The notes under the pieces were generated by a model. The model ran no database searches and was not told the DNA's origin. It saw only the letters and a list, made by a program, of their open reading frames with translations. Below, piece by piece: positions 8,733 through 16,114 of a stretch of 32,000 nucleotides of DNA. Origin of the DNA: Telmatocola sphagniphila (GTDB taxonomy: Bacteria > Planctomycetota > Planctomycetia > Gemmatales > Gemmataceae); assembly GCF_018398935.1 (NCBI RefSeq), contig NZ_CP074694.1, positions 6,030,001 to 6,062,000 of the forward strand. Reading direction: 5' to 3'. Position numbers and translations under genes: made by a program. Each line of letters opens with the position of its first letter. The stretch's first letter is position 1.

Positions 8733-10004
8733 TTATTTCGAACCGATTCGATAAAGATGTTCGCGGGTTCGGATGAATAAACTTCCACTCACGGCCGCTG
8801 GGGAAGCGAGGATTTCTTCGCCCATATCGGTCTTGTAAATCAGCTTGAATTCGCGTGCGGCTTCGACGACGAAGGCCTTGCCTTCCTTGCTGAAGAAATA
8901 GACCAGATCGCCAGAGGCCAGCGGCGATGAGCGGAAGGATTGCCCCAGTCGTTCTTTCCAAAGTTCCTTGCCCGTAGCGGCATCGATGCATACAGCCACG
9001 CCGTCGTTATTCGCGAGAAAAATCAAGCCTTTGGTGTAAAGCGGGCAGGCCGAATCGGGCGTGCCGCCGGTGTATTTCCAGAGAATGTTCGTGGCCGTGA
9101 CATCGCCCTGACCGGTAGCTTTCACGGCAAAGAGCGGGCCGCGCATTCCCTGCACCGCATAGACCGTATCGTTCGCCAGGGTCGGGCCGGAGATCACTCG
9201 GTTCCCTTTGAAGCAGTTGCACTTCCAGAGTTGTTCACCAGTACGGGGGTTGTATGCATCGAGTTGGTTGCCGCCGAAGACGATCAACTCACTTTTGCCA
9301 TCGTGTGTATAAATCAACGGCGTGGTATAGGAATCGGCCGGCTCGGAGACCGCGCCGGTGATCCGTTCGACTTTCCATTTCTCAGAGCCGGTCCGTTTGT
9401 CCTGCGCCAGAACGTAACTCTTCCCGGAATTCTTGGGATCCTGCATGCAGGTGGTGATCAGCAGATCTTCGAAGAGAACGGGGGAATTGGCGTGCCCCCA
9501 CCAAATGGTGTAAGGGCCGAACTTTTTCACCTGGTTATCCGACCAGATTTTCTCGCCTGCAAAGTTGTAGCAGGCCAGTTCGCCGTTCCCGAAGTGGACC
9601 CAGACATGCTGGCCGTCGGTGACCGGCGAGGGCGAGGCCATGTTTTGTTCGTCGTGGAAGCGATCATTCCCCAACTCACCGCTGCGGCGAGGTGAGCCCG
9701 AGCTGACTTCCTTTTGCCAAAGAATCTGTCCCGTTTGCTTGCTGAGACAAAGCAGCAGAAGCTTGTCTTTCTCCTGGGTGGTCAGGAAGATGTGATCGTT
9801 CCATATGGCCGGGGTGGAATTGCCCCAACCGGGAAGCGCCGTCTTCCAGAGTACGTTTTCGGTCTTGCTCCATTTCGTGGGGAGAGCCGGGCCGGTGGTC
9901 ACGCTATTGCCGCTGGGGCCCCGCCATTGGGGCCAATTCTCCTCGGAGACATTTAAGGAGGCAGTGGCTAAGGCAAGATAAGCACAGAGGCTCAAGATGG
10001 ACAT
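8733..10004 (-). CDS. Secreted PQQ-like (BamB-type) beta-propeller repeat protein
   Basis: Signal peptide MSILSLCAYLALATASL, then ENWPQWRGP and repeated W/G-rich blades. GGAG lies 8 nt upstream of the ATG. Its stop is directly adjacent to the kdpE stop (TAATTA). Confidence 0.85.
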   Translation of the reverse strand: MSILSLCAYLALATASLNVSEENWPQWRGPSGNSVTTGPALPTKWSKTENVLWKTALPGWGNSTPAIWNDHIFLTTQEKDKLLLLCLSKQTGQILWQKEVSSGSPRRSGELGNDRFHDEQNMASPSPVTDGQHVWVHFGNGELACYNFAGEKIWSDNQVKKFGPYTIWWGHANSPVLFEDLLITTCMQDPKNSGKSYVLAQDKRTGSEKWKVERITGAVSEPADSYTTPLIYTHDGKSELIVFGGNQLDAYNPRTGEQLWKCNCFKGNRVISGPTLANDTVYAVQGMRGPLFAVKATGQGDVTATNILWKYTGGTPDSACPLYTKGLIFLANNDGVAVCIDAATGKELWKERLGQSFRSSPLASGDLVYFFSKEGKAFVVEAAREFKLIYKTDMGEEILASPAAVSGSLFIRTREHLYRIGSK

Positions 10005-10064
10005 GAAAAGGCTCCGCGAGCGAGTGGCCGGTAGGATTGGGAATATTATAGCCCTCGAAAACTT

Positions 10065-10078
10065 CCTGGGAATTCCCA
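10065..10078. promoter_or_regulatory. Perfect 14-bp palindrome in a divergent promoter region
   Basis: CTGGGAATTCCCAG. The half-site CTGGGAATT recurs at 10156-10164. A - strand TATAAT (complement of 10044-10049) lies about 40 nt upstream of the propeller gene ATG. Confidence 0.3.
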
Positions 10079-10195
10079 GAAATGCCAGGATTCCTCGTTC
10101 GAAGCGATTTTCCGACTTCTCATTTCTCGCTCACCAATAGAAATCAGAATAATCCCCTGGGAATTACCCGTTACTCTGATTTGTTGAGATTGTTT

Positions 10196-11266
10196 ATGGT
10201 TCTTGTGATTCGCATTTCGTTTTTGAGCCTACTGCTGGCTGGCGTAGCCGCGAACTCTGTCGCTCAGTCAAAAAAATTAGCCCCGATTACTGCCGTGGTC
10301 GAATGCACGCAAGCCTCGGCTAAAGGTCAGATTCGGCAATTCGTATTCGATGGCAATAAAGAGACTTATTTTGCAACTGAGAAAAATGCCTCGGCCAAGG
10401 ATAATTTCACTCTCACTTTCGAGAAGCCGGTGAAAGTGAAAACTCTGGAAGTTCTGACCGGCAAACCCAAGGGAGAGGATGCGCTGAAGGAAGCGAATCT
10501 GGAGATCTCCGAGGATGGAAAGACGTTTCAGACAGTCGGAAAATTCCAGGAAGGTCAGGCGACGCGGAAGCTGGATGGGAAGACGGTCCTGGCGATTCGC
10601 ATTCAACCGACCGAGGATCTGAAATATCCGCTGACGATTCGCGAAATCGTCGTCGATTCCGAACCGGCGGTCCGCCATTTCAAATATCCCGTCGAATTTA
10701 CGATAGATGTCAGTGATGCACCGGAAATGAAAGAATGGACAGAAAAAGTCGCCCGCATCTGCGAACGTCAGTACACCATGATCAATGAGGAATTGAAGAG
10801 CGAAGGTTTCAAGCCCGCTCGTTCGATCCGGTTGACCATGAAAAACGATTACGACGGGGTGGCTTACGCGAGCGGCAGCCGGATTGTCGGATCCGTGAAG
10901 TTCTTCAAGAGCCATCCCGAGGATATGGGAGCGTTCGTGCATGAAACCGTGCACGTCGTACAGCAGTATCGGACGCGTGGCAATCCCGGCTGGCTCGTCG
11001 AAGGCATTGCGGACTATATCCGCTTCTTTAAATACGAGCCGGGCAAGGCGGGCAGACTGAACGCGGAACGAGCCCGCTATAACGGCAGCTATCGAACGAC
11101 GGCTGCGTTTTTGAATTACCTCTCCGAAAAATACGATCCCCTGATCGTCCAGAAACTCAACAAGATGTTGAGGGAAGGGGAATACAAGGAAGAGGCCTTC
11201 CAGGTCCTGACCAAGAAAACGGTGCAAGAACTCGATGAGGAATGGCGGGCCTCGCTGAAAAAATAA
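10196..11266 (+). CDS. Secreted BSP-family (peptidase of plants and bacteria) HExxH metallopeptidase-like protein with an N-terminal discoidin-like domain
   Basis: Signal peptide from the ATG at 10196 (MVLVIRISFLSLLLAGVAANSVAQ). The C-terminal part has FVHETVHVVQQY followed by GWLVEGIADYIRF, as I recall for the BSP family. The N-terminal roughly 130 aa look like an F5/8-type-C beta-sandwich. Confidence 0.72.
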   Translation: MVLVIRISFLSLLLAGVAANSVAQSKKLAPITAVVECTQASAKGQIRQFVFDGNKETYFATEKNASAKDNFTLTFEKPVKVKTLEVLTGKPKGEDALKEANLEISEDGKTFQTVGKFQEGQATRKLDGKTVLAIRIQPTEDLKYPLTIREIVVDSEPAVRHFKYPVEFTIDVSDAPEMKEWTEKVARICERQYTMINEELKSEGFKPARSIRLTMKNDYDGVAYASGSRIVGSVKFFKSHPEDMGAFVHETVHVVQQYRTRGNPGWLVEGIADYIRFFKYEPGKAGRLNAERARYNGSYRTTAAFLNYLSEKYDPLIVQKLNKMLREGEYKEEAFQVLTKKTVQELDEEWRASLKK

Positions 11267-11295
11267 CCCGGGAATTAAATCAGGAGTTCATCGAA

Positions 11296-13431
11296 ATGAG
11301 AATCGGTCTGGTGGGGCGACTTCGCTTATGGGCAGCTTTCTGCTTTTTGATCGTGGCCGGAGTCTTCACGACTCAGGCTCAGGATCGGCTGAAGAACATG
11401 CCCGGGTACGAGCAGTACCAGAAGATGAGCAAAGAGGCGTTCTCTTCCGTGAAGATGGGGACCGCCTCGGTCTCCTGGAAAGAGGGGGGTAAAATCGCCG
11501 AGTACAAACGCGACGGCAAAACCTACCGATTCGATTTCGAATCCAATATCGAGAAGGAATTTCTTCCTGAGAAAAAGGACGGTAAGGAACCGGCCGCTGA
11601 AACTCCGCCGATGCCCAAGGGCGGTCGACGCGGCGGCGGGGGGGGACCGGATCGGGGCCGACAGTTCGGTAGTGCCACGGCCCCCGATGGAAAGCATAAA
11701 GCCGTCTATCGCGAGCGAAATCTCTACCTGACCGATGCCGATGGCAAAAACGAAATCGCCCTGAGTACCGACGGCAACGAGAAAAGCCGGCTGAAATATG
11801 GTTCCGCGAGTTGGGTCTATGGCGAAGAACTCCGGCAGCGAACCGCATTCTGGTGGTCGCCGGATAGCAAAAAGCTGGCTTTCTATCGCTTCGACGAAAG
11901 CAAGGTCCAAGACTATTTCCTGCAACTGAATCAGACTTCCGTTCAGGATAAGGTCGACGCCGAACCTTATCCTAAAACCGGTTCCGCCAACCCCATTTGC
12001 GACATCTTGATCTACGATCTGGAATCGAAGAAGACCACGCAGGCCGATGTGCGCGACGGCATGCCCTTCGATAACAATGTGGTCGGCCATTACGTTTACG
12101 ACATTTCGTGGTCGGCCGACAGCAAAGAACTGATTTTGCATCGCACCAATCGGCGGCAGAACATTCTGGAACTGGCAGCCTGCGATCCCGAAACCGGTAA
12201 GTGTCGAGTAATTATTCACGAAGAGTGGCTTCCCAGCTGGGTGGAAAATAGCCCGCCGATGCGCTTCCTGAAGGATAATAAACGTTTCCTTTGGGAATCG
12301 CAGCGCACCGGCTGGAAGAATATTTACCTTTACGAACTGAGTGGTAAACTGCTGGCCACGCTGACCAACCACGAATTCGAAGTGGCCAACATTTTGAAGG
12401 TCGATGAAGAGGCAGGTTACGTCTACTACATGGCCCACGATGGCGACAACCCGATGAAGCTGCAGTTGCACCGCGTCGGCCTGGATGGGAAGGGGGATGT
12501 CCGCCTGACCGATCCCGCTTTCTACCATACGGTGGATGTGGCCCCCGACGGCAAGCACTTTTTGGATACGATTCAGACCCACGATACACCACCCACGGCG
12601 CGTATCTGCGACCTGCAGGGCAAAGTGCTTGTGGAAATCGCCAAGAGCGATATGTCGAAGTTCGAAAAGGTGGGCCTGAAGAAGGTCGAACTGCTCACTT
12701 TCAGAGCGGCGGATGGGAAAACCGATCTATATGGAATGCTGCATTTCCCATCCAACTTCAATCCGAATAAAAAGTATCCCCTACTAGTGACGGTTTATGC
12801 CGGGCCGGAGACCAATGGAGCCCGAGAAACTTTCACTCTCCCCAACGCGATGACAGAATACGGCTTCCTGGTGGCTTCCTTCGATTCTCGCAGTGCGGCC
12901 GGTCGCGGGAAAAAAATCCTCGATTCGATTTACCTGAAGCTTGGCATAACCGAGATTGACGATCAGGCCGCCGGGGTGAAATCGCTCTGGGTGCGTCCGT
13001 ATCTGGATCGCAATCGAGTGGGTATCTTCGGGACCTCTTACGGCGGAACTGCTTCGGCCCTGTGTCTGGTGCGCTATCCCGATGTTTTCCAGGCGGCGGC
13101 CGCTTCTTCGCCGGTGACCGATTTCCGGCTCTACGATACGATTTACACTGAACGCTACATGTGGCTGCCGCAGGAGAATAAGGCGGGCTATGACGCCGGG
13201 ACGGTCATGACCTACGCCGATAAATTGAAGGGTCGACTGATGGTTTACTACGGCACCGCCGACAACAACGTGCATCCTTCGAATGCCCTGCAGCTGATTC
13301 GCGCCCTCCAGCGGGCGGGCAAAAGCTTTGAGGTTCAGGTGGGGCCTGACATGGGTCATACTTCGGTGAATCAGCAGCGCATGATGGAATTTTTCATCGA
13401 AAATCTGGTGATCGACACGCCGGCCCATTAA
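11296..13431 (+). CDS. S9B-family dipeptidyl peptidase IV-like serine peptidase
   Basis: CAGGAG lies upstream of the ATG at 11296, followed by a signal-like N-terminus. A DPPIV-type propeller region precedes the catalytic motifs GTSYGG (Ser), YGTADNNVH (Asp) and DMGHTS (His). Confidence 0.9.
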   Translation: MRIGLVGRLRLWAAFCFLIVAGVFTTQAQDRLKNMPGYEQYQKMSKEAFSSVKMGTASVSWKEGGKIAEYKRDGKTYRFDFESNIEKEFLPEKKDGKEPAAETPPMPKGGRRGGGGGPDRGRQFGSATAPDGKHKAVYRERNLYLTDADGKNEIALSTDGNEKSRLKYGSASWVYGEELRQRTAFWWSPDSKKLAFYRFDESKVQDYFLQLNQTSVQDKVDAEPYPKTGSANPICDILIYDLESKKTTQADVRDGMPFDNNVVGHYVYDISWSADSKELILHRTNRRQNILELAACDPETGKCRVIIHEEWLPSWVENSPPMRFLKDNKRFLWESQRTGWKNIYLYELSGKLLATLTNHEFEVANILKVDEEAGYVYYMAHDGDNPMKLQLHRVGLDGKGDVRLTDPAFYHTVDVAPDGKHFLDTIQTHDTPPTARICDLQGKVLVEIAKSDMSKFEKVGLKKVELLTFRAADGKTDLYGMLHFPSNFNPNKKYPLLVTVYAGPETNGARETFTLPNAMTEYGFLVASFDSRSAAGRGKKILDSIYLKLGITEIDDQAAGVKSLWVRPYLDRNRVGIFGTSYGGTASALCLVRYPDVFQAAAASSPVTDFRLYDTIYTERYMWLPQENKAGYDAGTVMTYADKLKGRLMVYYGTADNNVHPSNALQLIRALQRAGKSFEVQVGPDMGHTSVNQQRMMEFFIENLVIDTPAH

Positions 13432-13457
13432 GTCTGTTTCGGCGACAAACTTCTTGC

Positions 13458-13499
13458 GGGATTGAGGTTAAGACAGTTAATCTCAATCCCGTTTTTTTT
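13458..13499 (+). terminator. Rho-independent terminator after the peptidase gene pair
   Basis: gggattgag (13458-13466) pairs with ctcaatccc (13482-13490), with inner ttaa/ttaa pairing. It is followed by gttttttttc. Confidence 0.8.
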
Positions 13500-13566
13500 C
13501 ACTTCGAGTTCGTTCCAGTGATTTCCGATTGTTGCCAATTTTGATAATTCATCGAGCGCGATCCGA

Positions 13567-13575
13567 TGTTAGAAT
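13567..13575 (+). promoter_or_regulatory. Candidate extended -10 promoter element for the DUF1559 gene
   Basis: TGTTAGAAT (the TGnTAxAAT shape) lies about 55 nt upstream of the ATG at 13631. No good -35 is present. Confidence 0.25.
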
Positions 13576-13630
13576 ATTCTCACACTTAAATTGTCCTGAA
13601 TGTTCATCGCCTCCCTGAGGGGAATCCTCC

Positions 13631-14326
13631 ATGCGACGCCGGGCGTTCACTCTCATCGAGTTGCTGGTGGTGATTGCGATTATTGCCATTCTGATCGGTC
13701 TACTGCTAGCGGCCGTGCAAAGAGCCCGGGCGGCGGCGGCTCGCATCTCCTGCGCTAATAACATGCATCAGATCGGCTTGGCGATGCAGCATTACGCACT
13801 CAACAACAACGATACTTTGCCACCGGGAAGTAACGTTCCCTACTGGGCTCCTTTCGACGATCGGGTGGGTTACGCCGATCCGCCGCTCCCCGATTACGAT
13901 CCTACGCAGACCCTGCTCTGGAATTATTGCGACAAGAACGCGAAGGTTTATAAATGTCCGATGGGCGTGGATATGGTCCAGGGCAGTCCGACACTGGGCC
14001 AACCGCTTCAGTTGAGCTACGGCATCAGTGGGGTGACAGGCGGGCCGTCGGGAATTAGCTTAACCATTATCACTAATGCAAATGGAACTTCGCAGGTGAT
14101 GCATGTCTGGGAACATTCCCGGCTACCGATTTGCGCCTTACAGGGTGCAACTCCGGCGACGCCTAACCTTCCCTGGCCGTTTACCGATCCGGATGCTCCG
14201 AATCATTATCCGGAAGCGCGGCATCTCAATCGTTTCAATGTTCTTTTCTGCGACGGCCACGTAGTCCCGATGAGCATCAGCGAATTGACGATTCCACTGT
14301 TCTACGTTTATGACCCCTCGCCGTGA
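13631..14326 (+). CDS. DUF1559 / H-X9-DG protein with a prepilin-type N-terminal cleavage/methylation domain
   Basis: N-terminus is [31 protein letters not shown]-terminal [13 protein letters not shown] matches the H-X9-DG pattern. This family is expanded in Planctomycetota. Confidence 0.9.
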   Translation: MRRRAFTLIELLVVIAIIAILIGLLLAAVQRARAAAARISCANNMHQIGLAMQHYALNNNDTLPPGSNVPYWAPFDDRVGYADPPLPDYDPTQTLLWNYCDKNAKVYKCPMGVDMVQGSPTLGQPLQLSYGISGVTGGPSGISLTIITNANGTSQVMHVWEHSRLPICALQGATPATPNLPWPFTDPDAPNHYPEARHLNRFNVLFCDGHVVPMSISELTIPLFYVYDPSP

Positions 14327-14331
14327 GCCAG

Positions 14332-14709
14332 TTATTTCTTAGTCGGTTCCACAGGTTTTGAATCCTGACCCGCTTTCGATGTTTCCAGCTCGATTTTCGG
14401 CAAAGCGGCGTCCTTGGTCGCTTGCGTCAGATGTTTGGCCGCGGCGACAAACTCTTCGGCATGCCGCTCGACCAGTTCGTTTTTCTCATCCTCGGTCAGC
14501 TTGGAATTGTCGATTTTCTCCTTGGTTTCCAGTAACTGGCGATTGAGTTCCTGAATCTGTTCCCGTGGAGCTTTCTCCTCGTGTGCCCGGGCGATCTTGT
14601 GCATCAGCGAGATGTATTCGACGAATTGGCGGTCGGCTTCACTGCCGCCGCAACCGCTGACCCAGCAGAGTAGGAGTACCGCAATGCCGACTTGGAAAAG
14701 CCTTTTCAT
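14332..14709 (-). CDS. Small lipoprotein, hypothetical
   Basis: Lipobox-like LLLCWVSGC follows a basic N-terminus, and the rest is charged and helical. The gene lies 19 nt downstream of the propeller gene, so it is probably co-transcribed. Confidence 0.65.
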   Translation of the reverse strand: MKRLFQVGIAVLLLCWVSGCGGSEADRQFVEYISLMHKIARAHEEKAPREQIQELNRQLLETKEKIDNSKLTEDEKNELVERHAEEFVAAAKHLTQATKDAALPKIELETSKAGQDSKPVEPTKK

Positions 14710-14728
14710 AGGAGGGCCCTTTTACCAG

Positions 14729-16024
14729 TTAGCTCTTCTTTTCGATGCAGTATAAGTGGGTTTTCGTGCGTAGAAAAATCGCCTCCCCGGCCACAGCGGG
14801 CGAGGCCATGCAACCGCTATCGAGCTTATTCTTCGCCAACGATTTGAATTCCGGGGTGGCGGCGAACACCTGAGTCGTCCCTTCTTGATCCGGAATGTAA
14901 ATCGTATTGTGCGCGATGATAGGTGAGGCCGAGAAGGAGGCGTTGAATCGTTCCACCCAGACTTGCGAGCCGGTCTTGGCATTTACGCAGGAAGCAAAGC
15001 CGTTGTCGCTGACCATGTAAATGTAATCCTCCTGAAGCAAAAAGGAGGGGCGGGTCGGCACGTTTTTGATCATCTTCCAGGCAATCTGACTCGAAGGGAT
15101 CTGGCCGCCGCTGCCTTCCTTCATCGCGATCATGCCCTGAGAATGACCGGTCGTCAGATAGATCAGCCCGTGGCCGACGATCGGCTTGGCGGCTTGATTC
15201 ATGCCGCCCGTGGCGATGCGCCAAAGTTCGTTGCCGTTCGCCGGATCGTAAGCGATGGTCGCCTCCGCGGCGGGACTGATCAACTGGGGTTTGCCATCAA
15301 TCGTCACCAAAGTCGGTGTGGAATAGGCTTTTTTCAAGTCTCCATTGTTACTGGTGTATTTGATCAATCGATCTTTCTTCCAGAGGATTTTACCGGTGTT
15401 CTTATCCAGTGCGGCCACGTACTGCTGATCGTAGCCGTCGAAGGTCAGGAACAGGGCCTTGTCGTCCGTTATGGGAGAGGAGCCCGGCCCGCGCCAGTGA
15501 TCGCACTTCAAATCCCGCTGTTCCCAGAGTTTTTTGCCGGTGGTCGTGTCGAGGCAGGCGGTACCGTGCGCCCCGAAGTGAACGAACACGCGGCCCGCTT
15601 CCACTACTGGAGTTGGCGTGGCATAGCTATTGAAGCTGTGGCAGTAATCCGGGTTTTCTTCTTTGAAAACGATCAGATCGTGAAGAATTTTGCCCGTTTT
15701 TCGGTCGATGCAGACGGCATAAAATTCGACGAATTCGGGTCGGGGAACTTTTCTCTGGGCGTTTTCCTTGGGGGCATTCGCCGCATATTTTTCATGAGCC
15801 GTCGTCAGCCAGATCTGGTTCCCCCAGATCACCGGAGAAGACCAGCCTTTATCGTGGATTGGCGTTTTCCAGCGGATATTTTCTTTCTCGCTCCAGGTGA
15901 GGGGGAGATTTTTAGATTCGGCATGGCCATCGCCGGAGGGGCCGCGGAACTGCGGCCAGTTCTCCTGGGCTTTCGAATTCCCGATCAGGGTTGATAAACA
16001 GAAGATGCTAAAAATGAAACGCAT
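14729..16024 (-). CDS. Secreted PQQ-like beta-propeller repeat protein (paralog of 8733..10004)
   Basis: The ATG at 16024 gives the signal peptide MRFIFSIFCLSTLIGNSKAQ followed by ENWPQFRGP, the same architecture as the first propeller. The track start at 16069 adds a non-signal-like extension. Confidence 0.85.
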   Translation of the reverse strand: MRFIFSIFCLSTLIGNSKAQENWPQFRGPSGDGHAESKNLPLTWSEKENIRWKTPIHDKGWSSPVIWGNQIWLTTAHEKYAANAPKENAQRKVPRPEFVEFYAVCIDRKTGKILHDLIVFKEENPDYCHSFNSYATPTPVVEAGRVFVHFGAHGTACLDTTTGKKLWEQRDLKCDHWRGPGSSPITDDKALFLTFDGYDQQYVAALDKNTGKILWKKDRLIKYTSNNGDLKKAYSTPTLVTIDGKPQLISPAAEATIAYDPANGNELWRIATGGMNQAAKPIVGHGLIYLTTGHSQGMIAMKEGSGGQIPSSQIAWKMIKNVPTRPSFLLQEDYIYMVSDNGFASCVNAKTGSQVWVERFNASFSASPIIAHNTIYIPDQEGTTQVFAATPEFKSLAKNKLDSGCMASPAVAGEAIFLRTKTHLYCIEKKS

Positions 16025-16114
16025 GAGAGGATTCCAGATGGCGGGGAGATGCGCCAACGCTAGGCACATCTCCCTTAGAGTATCCGATTCCGATTCGCTT
16101 TGGCAAGCAACTAA

